Assembly (NCBI GenBank): GCA_965656525.1 | Contig: CBFHKY010000017.1 | Span: forward strand, 7,924-71,923 | DNA length: 64,000 nt | Direction of reading: 5' to 3' | Source: Pseudomaricurvus sp. | Lineage (GTDB): Bacteria; Pseudomonadota; Gammaproteobacteria; Pseudomonadales; Cellvibrionaceae | Translations under genes and position numbers: made by a program | The notes under the pieces: model-generated | The model's input: only the letters and a program-made list of their open reading frames with translations | The model's database searches: none | What the model was told of the DNA's origin: nothing | Shown here: positions 1 to 9,187 of the stretch, piece by piece | Layout of the letters: every line of letters starts with the position of its first letter | Position numbering within the stretch: the stretch's first letter is position 1

Positions 1-1217
1 CCGTCCGTCAGAAACTGCGTATACGCGGTGGTTAGACGATAGGTAACGAAATCACCGAAGTCGTCATTATGATCATGACGCACGCCAGCACTGTAGAACC
101 AATGATTAAAAAAGTTACCGCGCCATTCGAGATAAACGCCTTTCTGGTCTTGATCCAGATTGTTAACCTCGTCTTCTTGCTGCTGCACATCGACACCGTA
201 AGACAGCGAATTAAGCGCTGATACATCTAGCGCGCCCATGTACTCAAACTGCTTTATTTGCCCTTTATATTTACCGCCATAGGGTGACAACGCGCCATCC
301 TCGTACAGTTGACGCTGAACATCGTTTTGCGACAGTGACAACTGCTGGCTCCAAGAGGCTTGCTCGTAAGTGGCTTTTAATTGCTTAGTGATTTGTTCAA
401 AATCCATCACTCTATCGCGGGTACCAAAACTGCTGTCGTACTCGTTGACCGCATCCACATCGCGGTAAATCGCATCAAAACGCAGCTCATCGGTTGCCTG
501 AAACCCCAAACGCGCATTGTAAGTTCTGTTGTCGTAGCCGTCGTCATCGGCCAGCACGGTGTCGTTATCCATGGCGTTAAAACCATCAGTGGAGAAATCA
601 CTGCCACTCAACGCATAGGTCAGACGATCCAACTTGCCTCTTAGCGCACCCGATATTCTTTGCGTGTCGTAACGACCCGCTTCGAGGTTGAGTCCACCTT
701 CAAGTGCTTCGGTAGGCTGTTTAGTGGTGATATTAACCACACCACCTGCATCCGCACCGTACATCATGCCCTGCGGGCCACGCAGTACCTCAATGCTTTC
801 AATGTCGCCAGACATCAAGTGCGCCAGGCGCGGTGATATTTGTGTGCCGGTAGGATCTGATATTTTAACCCCGTCTACGTACACGACAGTGCGGTAACCT
901 TCTTCACCCCGAATGCGCAGTGAGGTTGCCTTGCCGAGTCCACCGTTTCTACTAACCGCAACACCGGGTACAGAACGCAGTAAGTCAGCGACATTCACCT
1001 GCCCTTTGGCTTCGATGTCCGTTGCATTCAAAACACTAACCGACGAACCAATACGATACGCAGGTACTGGTGTACGGTGTGCGGTAACGACCATTTCTTC
1101 GCTGATGGATAATTTATGAGAGGCCGTTGCAACCGGTGCTGAGCCAACAGGTTGCGCCGCTAAGGGCACTGATAAAATGCCGGCTAAAGAAGCAAGACAA
1201 TAAGCTTGGTGTTTCAT
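1..1217 (-). CDS. btuB: TonB-dependent receptor, vitamin B12 (BtuB-like); 3' end runs off the window
   Basis: Hand translation from ATG 1217: MKHQAYCLASLAG..., TonB box EEMVVTAHR, plug motifs LLRSVPGV, IRGEE, VYVDGV, IEVLRGPQGMMYGADAGGVVNITT. Cobalamin riboswitch upstream. Missing from the ORF track because there is no stop in the window. Confidence 0.85.
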   Translation of the reverse strand, partial: MKHQAYCLASLAGILSVPLAAQPVGSAPVATASHKLSISEEMVVTAHRTPVPAYRIGSSVSVLNATDIEAKGQVNVADLLRSVPGVAVSRNGGLGKATSLRIRGEEGYRTVVYVDGVKISDPTGTQISPRLAHLMSGDIESIEVLRGPQGMMYGADAGGVVNITTKQPTEALEGGLNLEAGRYDTQRISGALRGKLDRLTYALSGSDFSTDGFNAMDNDTVLADDDGYDNRTYNARLGFQATDELRFDAIYRDVDAVNEYDSSFGTRDRVMDFEQITKQLKATYEQASWSQQLSLSQNDVQRQLYEDGALSPYGGKYKGQIKQFEYMGALDVSALNSLSYGVDVQQQEDEVNNLDQDQKGVYLEWRGNFFNHWFYSAGVRHDHNDDFGDFVTYRLTTAYTQFLTD

Positions 1218-1222
1218 GGATT

Positions 1223-1274
1223 TCCCCAATCGTATTCCAGCAATGCGCTGGTGACATTCAAAGTGATTGAGGGA
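1223..1274 (-). promoter_or_regulatory. SD-sequestering hairpin (riboswitch expression platform) for btuB
   Basis: TCCC(T)CAATC can pair with GATTGGGGA, which contains the btuB ribosome-binding site. Confidence 0.5.
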
Positions 1275-1411
1275 GGACAAAAAGCAGGTGAGAAGAAATG
1301 CACGGAGCATGTCTGCAGGTTCCTACCGATAAAGCCCTCCGCTTCATCGTTAAGCGTGTGCTATCGATAGTGCTGTATCAGAAACAGCAATAAAGTAGCA
1401 GTCACACGCGT

Positions 1412-1585
1412 TGTCCAAGGCCGGTATCGGGCTTATTGTTTCGAAGAACAAAGACATTTTGTTCGTCTATACAAATCACCGTTGCGGGGGCAGCGTTGGT
1501 TTCACCTGAACAACTCAGGCTCACCACTCTTCCCGTTTACCTTCTCACAGTTGCGAAACAACCATTCGAAGCACCTTTGACAACG
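1412..1585 (-). ncRNA. Cobalamin (AdoCbl) riboswitch
   Basis: Minus strand reads AGGTGC...AACGGGAAGAGTGGTG...AACCAACGCTGCCCCCGCAACGGTGA...AAGCCCGATACCGGCC (B12 box at 1419-1434), upstream of a BtuB-like gene. Confidence 0.9.
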
Positions 1586-1761
1586 GCGCGCAGACTAAGT
1601 CTGAACCGAGTAGGCGTCAAGAGTTTATGAGCGTTTTACCGTCATACACCGTGGTTTTCTCACAAAAACAGACAATTCCGCTCACCAATGTTGTTGCATA
1701 CTGGAGAATTGCTCTGCCCGCTTCTACACTTTCAACAAGGTAATATTCAAGAGCAGTCATT

Positions 1762-2142
1762 ATGGTATCCACTCACGATAGGCGTCGTTTCAGCCGCGTC
1801 CCTTTTCATACCAATGCCATCGTCTCTCAAGATGCTAAGCAATGGTCTTGCTCTGTATGGGACATCTCTCTAAAAGGCATTCTTGTCAGCAATACTTGCG
1901 AAGGAGGGCTATCCCCCAATAGCGACATTAAAGTAGTAGTGCCACTTTCAGATGCGTCTCAAATTGTCATGACGACTCAGCTCGCCAGAGAAGAAGGTGA
2001 CCACCTCGCTTTAGAGTGCACAGAAATTGATATGGACAGCATCACACACTTGCGCCGGTTATTAGACTTGAACTTGGGAGATCCTGAAGCTTGTCACCGT
2101 GAGCTATCCATATTAATCGAAGATGCATTAGCACCCGAGTGA
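1762..2142 (+). CDS. PilZ domain protein (c-di-GMP receptor)
   Basis: RxxxR (RRFSR) and DxSxxG (DISLKG) motifs; single-domain size. Confidence 0.9.
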   Translation: MVSTHDRRRFSRVPFHTNAIVSQDAKQWSCSVWDISLKGILVSNTCEGGLSPNSDIKVVVPLSDASQIVMTTQLAREEGDHLALECTEIDMDSITHLRRLLDLNLGDPEACHRELSILIEDALAPE

Positions 2143-2218
2143 CAAGCACTTCAGGACCACAGTCACTCTCGCTAGCGGTGAGCGTTATGCTGTGCGCAGA
2201 GGTTATGAGGAAAACATT

Positions 2219-2587
2219 ATGAATTTGAGTCAAGCTAACGAAAGGCGCCACTGCCAAAGGATGCTTTTTCGTAGCCACGCCAATCTTGTTACACCTCACC
2301 ATACGTGGCCGGTGCACGTTATTGATATTTCGTTCAACGGCGCTTTGGTTGCCCTGATACAACACCATCATTTGGATCCCCATGAAGAGATCATGCTGAA
2401 CTTGGAGGTCGGCAAAAATGAGCACATAAAGATGCAAGGTCGCATCGCCCATCAAAAAGAACATTATATTGGCTTAGAGTGTTTCCCTGTGGATGACGAA
2501 CAGAAAGCGCGGCTACAGGAATTGGTGCGTCGATTAGAACCCGTACCGGAGATGGATCGTTCTTTAAATACACTTTTGAATGGATAA
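2219..2587 (+). CDS. PilZ domain protein (c-di-GMP receptor)
   Basis: RRHCQR and DISFNG motifs; start set at the ATG after a GAGG RBS. Confidence 0.88.
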   Translation: MNLSQANERRHCQRMLFRSHANLVTPHHTWPVHVIDISFNGALVALIQHHHLDPHEEIMLNLEVGKNEHIKMQGRIAHQKEHYIGLECFPVDDEQKARLQELVRRLEPVPEMDRSLNTLLNG

Positions 2588-2694
2588 CTTACAAGACCCG
2601 TCCTATTACTCGGTTAAAACCGAGTTTTAAGCGGCCCAAAACGATCAAAAGGCCGCCGATACACATACGGAGGCCTACTGATCTAACAAGGTTT

Positions 2695-3087
2695 TTAAAG
2701 CACCTTGATCAACAAAGTCACACACAAAATAGCCCCGAAAATAAACGTTCCCAGAGCCCCTACAAACCGCATGGGGTTCGGTTTAGCCAAAGTAGCTGGC
2801 AACGCCAAACCGAGCGCGCTCAGATAACGACAAAGAGTGACGGCCACCATGCACCACACTACCCAGCCGCTCACTTGCAACTGCCCTAACGCGTAGATAA
2901 TAATCATTAAAGCGGGTGCATACTCTACGGTAATCCCGTGCGCACGAATCCATTTGTAGAGCGTACTCTCTGGATCTTCTTTATAACCGTACATACGCTT
3001 TTCTTTGCCGCGGTTCATGCTCACGCCAAAGCCCATCGCAATGACCAGAAACCCCAGCAAAGCGACACAAATTATTGGTATGTTCAT
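2695..3087 (-). CDS. MAPEG family membrane protein
   Basis: 130 aa with several TM segments; RAHGITVEY resembles the MAPEG RAHGNxxEY motif. Confidence 0.8.
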   Translation of the reverse strand: MNIPIICVALLGFLVIAMGFGVSMNRGKEKRMYGYKEDPESTLYKWIRAHGITVEYAPALMIIIYALGQLQVSGWVVWCMVAVTLCRYLSALGLALPATLAKPNPMRFVGALGTFIFGAILCVTLLIKVL

Positions 3088-3152
3088 CGTTTTCTCCTGT
3101 TATTGTTTATTTTTACGTTGTCGATCATCAATAAAAAATTTAAGGCATCGAA

Positions 3153-4571
3153 TCACAGTGCCTGTGCATACTCCCATAGGTCATCGAGTATTTTCTGCTG
3201 TGCGGCACTCAGACCGCCCTGATTTTTCAGTGCTTCTATACGGTCTTGCAGCTGCGTGATTGTAATCCCTGCTCCAGCGTCTGGGTTGGTCAACCAATCT
3301 TTGCGCCACTGCTCCCATTCTTCCTGTTCTATCGCAGAAAGCGTATCGGGAAAGTATCGCGCCCGATAGCGGAACAACATGGTATTTAGGCGATCATCCT
3401 CAAAGACAAACATCGATTGCTGTAATTGTTCGCCGCTGGCACCACGAACCTTAGCACAGGTCCGCTTATCGGCATCGGTTAAAAATCCATTGTAGAGCTG
3501 CTGCTCTACATCCGTAGACTTTTTGAAGACTTCGCCCTTGAATACCTGCTGCAGCTTGGCTTTCAAGTCAGCATTTTTTAATACCTGCCAATGCTGCTCA
3601 CATAACGCTTTATCAATGTTTAAACGCTGTGCACTGGTATCGTCCAATAGCTTTACCGTCGTTAATACAGGGCATTTATTGATGTGCACCAGCTTAAGAG
3701 GGATACGCGCTTCGCCTTCGACCAAATCGTCTGTTCGAGTGTATAACTTCTCGCGGATCTCGTCGGCGGATAAACGCAACAGCGGTTCTGGGTCTACCGA
3801 CAAATTACACACGATCACCGCGTTTTTATTGGTGGGGTGCATGGCCAGTGGTGCAACAATGGCAGTGCATCCGTTTTCAGCAGGGAACATGGAAGACACA
3901 TGCAGCAGCGGCTTACAATTCATGACATCAATTAACGCCGATACTTTTTGTTTGCTGCGCAGCTGATAAAGGTGGTTGTAAAGTGCAGGTTGCTTTTCCT
4001 TGATAAGCCGAGCCACTGCAATGGTTGCATGTACATCCGATAACGCATCATGAGCGCTTTCATGGCCAATATCATTCGCCGCTGTAATGTGCTCTAGCTT
4101 AAAGCTTGGGTTGCCGTCTTCGTGATTGGGCCACTGAATGCCCTCCGGCCGGAGCGCTCGAGTTAAGCGAACCATATCAATAATATCCCAACGAGAATTG
4201 CCATTGCGCCACTCTCGCTCGTAGGGATCATAAAAATTGCGATACAAACTGTAACGGGTGACTTCGTCATCAAAGCGCAACGAATTATAGCCCACTCCGC
4301 AAGTGCCAGGCATGGACAACTCTGCGTGGATAGCGGCTATGAATTCAGGCTCGGACAAGCCTTCGGCCAATGCTTTTTGTGGTGCAAGCCCTGTCACCAA
4401 ACACGCCTCTGGCTTGGGCAATACATCCGCAGTTGGTTTGCAGTAAATCACCAAGGGTGCGCCAATGATGTTTAAATCTTCATCGGTTCGTATGCCTGCA
4501 AATTGTGAAGGGCGATCTTTTGCGGGAACTTCCCCCCACGTTTCATAATCGTGCCAATACAATGTTTTCAT
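3153..4571 (-). CDS. sbcB: Exodeoxyribonuclease I
   Basis: WHDYETWG, DRPSQFAGIRTD, GYNSLRFDDE, AHDALSDV DEDDh motifs; HINKCP. Confidence 0.97.
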   Translation of the reverse strand: MKTLYWHDYETWGEVPAKDRPSQFAGIRTDEDLNIIGAPLVIYCKPTADVLPKPEACLVTGLAPQKALAEGLSEPEFIAAIHAELSMPGTCGVGYNSLRFDDEVTRYSLYRNFYDPYEREWRNGNSRWDIIDMVRLTRALRPEGIQWPNHEDGNPSFKLEHITAANDIGHESAHDALSDVHATIAVARLIKEKQPALYNHLYQLRSKQKVSALIDVMNCKPLLHVSSMFPAENGCTAIVAPLAMHPTNKNAVIVCNLSVDPEPLLRLSADEIREKLYTRTDDLVEGEARIPLKLVHINKCPVLTTVKLLDDTSAQRLNIDKALCEQHWQVLKNADLKAKLQQVFKGEVFKKSTDVEQQLYNGFLTDADKRTCAKVRGASGEQLQQSMFVFEDDRLNTMLFRYRARYFPDTLSAIEQEEWEQWRKDWLTNPDAGAGITITQLQDRIEALKNQGGLSAAQQKILDDLWEYAQAL

Positions 4572-4790
4572 GATGCCCCAGCTCCTTTGGGTTGAGTGTA
4601 ACACAGCCGCATATGACAGCTGTTTTGTGTTTTCAATCTATGATGAACGGTACACCTGCGACACTCTGCCACATTTAAACGCATCCCAAAACACGCTAAT
4701 CTGGATAGAACAAATGACTCTACGCTGAAGCTAAGAGCTCCACTGAAGCAAAGCATTGGCCAAACCCCTCACCCACTACAGCACTCTTTT

Positions 4791-6110
4791 ATGCCAACCA
4801 CTCACTTGACCACATCAGCTCCAGAACGCAATCTGAGACGCTTGGTTGTTATTCGCAGCCTTTTATTGGGCGTGCTCTGCACCTCGTTGATCATCGCATA
4901 CAGCGGGCTGCATCTCGCGCTACCCTACGGCGCGCTAGTGTGGGTGCTGAGCGGCATGACGCTTGCCAGCGTAGCCATTGTCGTACAGCTTAATTTACGG
5001 CAGCGCCCTTCTCAGCGAGCATTTTTTCTGCAATTGCTCCTCGATATTATCGCTCTGAGTTTATTGCTGTTTTTTACCGGCGGCGCCAATAATCCTTTTG
5101 TCCCTTATTATTTGGTCCCACTGTGCATCGCCGCCGCCACTTTACCGTGGTTTTACACTTGGCCACTGCTGATAAGCTCTCTGGTTCTGTACAGCAGTTT
5201 ATTTTTCTTGTATTTGCCTTTGCCAGCCTTATCCCCTCACGCCGCCACCGAGGCTTTACACACCATGCATGGCGGCGCACTGTCTCTAGGCCACACCTCT
5301 CATACCATCAGTTTGCATACGTTGGGCATGTGGATTAATTTTGTGATCAGCGCATTACTGGTGACCATATTCGTAGGTCGTATGGCCAATTCATTGCGAC
5401 AGCAAGATGAGGCTCTCGCACAACTGAGGGAAGAGCAGCTTCGTGATGAACAGTTGATGGCACTCGCCACACTCGCTGCTGGCACGGCTCACGAGCTGGG
5501 AACCCCGCTCACCACCATTCGTACTTTATTGGCGGAACTGCAACAAGACTGCGCCGAAAATACCGTCAACCCCGCAACCCTCAGTACCGATATACAGCTG
5601 CTGCAACATCAAGCAAACCATTGCTCACAAGCACTTCAATCACTGAGCCAACATGCAGGCCACCTACAACAAGGCACAACCCCCAATCAACCCATACGGC
5701 AATTGTGCCAGAGCGTGATCGACGACTGGCTGTTATTACGACCAGAGGTCAGCGCCACCGTTTTGATGCCTGATGAACTGCCTTCACTTGAAGTGGCTTG
5801 GCCAGCCACCATCACACAGGCGATGGGAAATTTACTGAATAATGCCGCCGATGCTTGCCCCAAAGACATTCACGTCGATTTCCACTGGGATCAACGGCAG
5901 CTTACCTTAACACTCCACGATCAGGGTGCGGGCATTGATCCTCAAGTGGCCAATCATTTACACGAACCGTTTGTCACTCAAAAAGGGGAAGGTCGCGGTC
6001 TAGGGCTCTTTCTAACCGACGCTGTGATACGACGATTTGGAGGTCAATTGATGCTAAAACCACATCCAAAGTGCGGTACAATCACGCAATTAACCCTTCC
6101 GTTACATTAA
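4791..6110 (+). CDS. regB: RegB/PrrB/RoxS-type redox sensor histidine kinase
   Basis: Multi-TM N-terminus with quinone-binding GGANNPF, H-box AHELGTPL, N/G boxes (NLLNNA, DQGAG, GLGL); upstream of a RegA homolog. Confidence 0.9.
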   Translation: MPTTHLTTSAPERNLRRLVVIRSLLLGVLCTSLIIAYSGLHLALPYGALVWVLSGMTLASVAIVVQLNLRQRPSQRAFFLQLLLDIIALSLLLFFTGGANNPFVPYYLVPLCIAAATLPWFYTWPLLISSLVLYSSLFFLYLPLPALSPHAATEALHTMHGGALSLGHTSHTISLHTLGMWINFVISALLVTIFVGRMANSLRQQDEALAQLREEQLRDEQLMALATLAAGTAHELGTPLTTIRTLLAELQQDCAENTVNPATLSTDIQLLQHQANHCSQALQSLSQHAGHLQQGTTPNQPIRQLCQSVIDDWLLLRPEVSATVLMPDELPSLEVAWPATITQAMGNLLNNAADACPKDIHVDFHWDQRQLTLTLHDQGAGIDPQVANHLHEPFVTQKGEGRGLGLFLTDAVIRRFGGQLMLKPHPKCGTITQLTLPLH

Positions 6111-6178
6111 ACTCCTGTATTCATGCTGACCAAATACCTTCTTCGCCCCCCCAAAAGCCGCTTTAGCAATGAAACGCC

Positions 6179-6712
6179 ATGTGTAACAAAACACTATTGA
6201 TTGTTGATGATGATGACGCACTGACTCAGGTTTTAGCGCGAGCGTTTAAGCGCCGTGGCTTTGAGGCATTCACGGCGCATACTGGCCAGCAAGCTCTGGA
6301 GCTATGCCAGCTTCAGCAACCCAATTTTTGCATTCTGGATTTGAAAATCGCACAGGAGTCAGGCCTGAACCTGATTCCACAGTTACTGGCAGTACAATCA
6401 CACATCAATATTGTGATGCTAACAGGCTATTCCAGTATCAATACCGCTGTCGAGGCTATTAAACTGGGGGCTAACCACTACTTGTGTAAGCCCGCCGACG
6501 CTGATGAAATAGAACAGGCATTTTCTCGTGCAGTAGGCGATCCTAACGCCAATGTTCACAACACGCCCCCCTCGGTGAATCGCCTAGAGTGGGAGCACAT
6601 ACAAAAAGTATTGGCCGATCACGAAGGGAATGTTTCAGCCACGGCCAGAGCTTTGGGAATGCACCGCCGTACATTGCAAAGAAAACTGCAAAAAAAGCCC
6701 GTTCGTTCTTAA
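6179..6712 (+). CDS. regA: RegA/PrrA/RoxR response regulator
   Basis: Receiver domain plus the conserved SVNRLEWEHIQKVL...SATARALGMHRRTLQRKLQK HTH. Confidence 0.95.
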   Translation: MCNKTLLIVDDDDALTQVLARAFKRRGFEAFTAHTGQQALELCQLQQPNFCILDLKIAQESGLNLIPQLLAVQSHINIVMLTGYSSINTAVEAIKLGANHYLCKPADADEIEQAFSRAVGDPNANVHNTPPSVNRLEWEHIQKVLADHEGNVSATARALGMHRRTLQRKLQKKPVRS

Positions 6713-6942
6713 GCAGCGGTTGCCTGTTTTCTCAAATCGCGCGACTATGGGCTTTGATCCAACCACTGTTGTTTGCACCACAACGCACGGTTTGCACTGC
6801 GGTACTCACTTTGGCTTTAATGCCTGTTATATAGCGCAGCTGTAGTGTTTGTCATGGCACATCCAAGACGCCTCGGAGCTTCTACCTTTTTGTAGGCAAA
6901 GCCTACGGTGTGCAGTATTCACTTTTTGCTTTAGGGTTTGGC

Positions 6943-7833
6943 ATGATTGAGATTTCGGCTTTTTTTGATTTTTTAGAGCAGCATCGTCTACCGGACAGTT
7001 ATGTCCCAGTCATTGAACAGAATGTTATTCCCATCGCACAAGCTCTAGCGGAAAATAGAAACCAGCGTGACGACACACTCTTGGTCGGCATTAACGGCAG
7101 CCAAGGATCAGGCAAAACCACCTTAGGTGATGCTTTAGTGGTTGCGTTTAAAGAGCTGGGTTTGGAAGCGGTTGCGATATCGATTGATGATTTTTACTTG
7201 ACCAAGCAAGCCCGTGAGCATCTTGCCCAACAAGTGCATCCGTTATTAAAAACCAGAGGGGTGCCCGGCACTCACGATACCGTTCTTGCCAACCTGACGT
7301 TAGATCAATTGACTTCGGCCCAAGGAGAGGTTGCTATCCCACGGTTCGATAAATCGGTGGACGATCGCCTGCCGATGGAGCAATGGGATCGCTGCCAAGC
7401 ACCTGTAGATGTCGTTATTTTAGAGGGCTGGTGTGTAGGTGCAAAACCCCAGCCAGATGATAAGTTGGCCGAACCTTGCAACCCACTTGAAGAACTGGAA
7501 GATACTGCAGGTCAATGGCGAGGCTACGCCAATGACAATCTTAAGCACAGTTACGCGGATTTATTTGGGCGCTTCGACGCGCAGATCATGCTCAAAGCCC
7601 CCTCATTTGAATGCGTCTTTAAATGGCGGCTAGAGCAAGAAAACAAGCTGCGAGAGAAAGTGGGCAATCAAGGCGAAGGTCTGATGTCAGGGGAACAAAT
7701 CAGTCGTTTTATCCAACACTATCAACGCATCACAGAAAATAACTTGCAGGCACTGCCGTCACAGGTACATTTTTTACTGACTCTCGATCAAGAGCGGCGC
7801 ATCACCCAGTTTAGCCGCCCAGTCCCGCTGTAA
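6943..7833 (+). CDS. D-glycerate 3-kinase (GLYK)-like P-loop kinase
   Basis: GINGSQGSGKTT, SIDDFYLT, RGVPGTHD, PRFDKSVDDR, LEGWCVG motifs. Confidence 0.75.
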   Translation: MIEISAFFDFLEQHRLPDSYVPVIEQNVIPIAQALAENRNQRDDTLLVGINGSQGSGKTTLGDALVVAFKELGLEAVAISIDDFYLTKQAREHLAQQVHPLLKTRGVPGTHDTVLANLTLDQLTSAQGEVAIPRFDKSVDDRLPMEQWDRCQAPVDVVILEGWCVGAKPQPDDKLAEPCNPLEELEDTAGQWRGYANDNLKHSYADLFGRFDAQIMLKAPSFECVFKWRLEQENKLREKVGNQGEGLMSGEQISRFIQHYQRITENNLQALPSQVHFLLTLDQERRITQFSRPVPL

Positions 7834-7904
7834 TGTAAGCACAGTTATACTTTTGTGGTGGCGCTTTGTGCAAATCGCTAGCGCTGCTGAAAGCTAGGGC
7901 GCGA

Positions 7905-8942
7905 CTACCCTTGATCGTCTTCTGGCCACAACGTGTCGTGCAGCATTTCGATGTGCCTCGCCACCCGCTCTTCTTCCGAAAAGAAAGCGATATGGTACAT
8001 AGCATCTCCTTCGTGTACCAAAGGGATGTTTTGCTTACCGATGATAATCCCCGCTCTGCTGGCCACAATCACATCAATTTTTTCACCAAATGGGCTGCCA
8101 ATTTCGGCCAGCACATCGCCTTTTTGTACATAATCACCTAAGTTTTTAATGCTGTGCACGATGCCACTGGCGCTACCACGAACCCAAGCGCTGTTATTTG
8201 CGGTAAACGGAGTGAATTTCTTCGACGATGTACGGCGCGTACGAGTCATACCTAAATGCGATAAAACGTTTAAGATTCCTTTCAACCCTGCACGTATCGA
8301 AAACTCATCAAAGCGCAGCGCTTCACCCGCTTCATACAATAAGATTCTTGTGCCGGATTCCACCGCCGCTTGCCGTAAAGACCCCTCTAGAATGCCCGAA
8401 TTCAAAAGCACGGGCACCCCAAAGCTTTCAGCCATATCACGTGTTGTTTGATCGTCTAGATCCGCACGAATCTGCGGTAAATTGGAGCGATGGATGGCTC
8501 CTGTGTGCAGGTCGATCCCATAATCGCAAAGACTGACAACGTCTTTCAAAAATGTAGAGGCCACACGTCCGGCCAGTGAACCTTTGGTAGAACCAGGGAA
8601 GGAACGGTTCAGATCGCGCCGGTCTGGCATATAGCGACTCTGATTCAAGACACCATAGACATTGACCATATGCACAAGAATTAAAGTGCCCCTACTTAAA
8701 CGAAAGTTTTTTAACGTTACAAGGCGACGCAGTATTTCAATACCATTGAGCTCATCACCGTGCACCGCCGCACTCACAAACATCGTGGGGCCCGGCTTTT
8801 TTGCCCGAATCACCGTGATGGGAAGGTGAATATCTGTGTCGGAATAGAGCTTGATCACTGGAATTTCAATCTGTACGCGGGCCCCTAATGGTATTCGCGT
8901 ACCGCCAATTTCAAACTCTGATTTAAATTCTTTTTCACTCAC
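7905..8942 (-). CDS. Succinylglutamate desuccinylase/aspartoacylase family (M14) hydrolase
   Basis: AAVHGDELNG, RDLNRSFPGS, IDLHTG, YEAG motifs; GTG start. Confidence 0.88.
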   Translation of the reverse strand: MSEKEFKSEFEIGGTRIPLGARVQIEIPVIKLYSDTDIHLPITVIRAKKPGPTMFVSAAVHGDELNGIEILRRLVTLKNFRLSRGTLILVHMVNVYGVLNQSRYMPDRRDLNRSFPGSTKGSLAGRVASTFLKDVVSLCDYGIDLHTGAIHRSNLPQIRADLDDQTTRDMAESFGVPVLLNSGILEGSLRQAAVESGTRILLYEAGEALRFDEFSIRAGLKGILNVLSHLGMTRTRRTSSKKFTPFTANNSAWVRGSASGIVHSIKNLGDYVQKGDVLAEIGSPFGEKIDVIVASRAGIIIGKQNIPLVHEGDAMYHIAFFSEEERVARHIEMLHDTLWPEDDQG

Positions 8943-9094
8943 GTAGAAAGCGCCTTAGTTCGTAATCATAGGCCAAGCATTCAGGCAACAACCTACTTTT
9001 GAACAGGTTAGCACAAGGCTTACATATCGTGTATTTTGTTTACTCCTTTATGAGCAAGCGTCTACTTATTCAACATTTACGATTACGCCAGCAA

Positions 9095-9131
9095 TAAAAA
9101 AGGCGACTCATTGATAGAGCCGCCTTTTTTA
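9095..9131. terminator. Bidirectional intrinsic terminator ending the nitrate-uptake operon
   Basis: TAAAAAAGGCG...CGCCTTTTTTA inverted repeat with A/T tails. Confidence 0.8.
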
Positions 9132-9187
9132 TGTTGTGCTAAGGTCACCGATAGGGAATCCAGCGAACCAAGTTGTGAAGGATGCCC

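Noticed and set aside
32-1119. Short ORFs listed in the track over this region
   Set aside because: They are antisense or off-frame shadows of the btuB-like CDS.
6771-6797. GTTTGCAC direct repeat upstream of the GLYK-like gene as an NtrC site
   Set aside because: Only half-site similarity, and no correctly spaced sigma54 promoter downstream.
7905-8942. M14 hydrolase as part of a RimK/poly-glutamate system
   Set aside because: No rimK or associated protease in the window, so the link cannot be supported.
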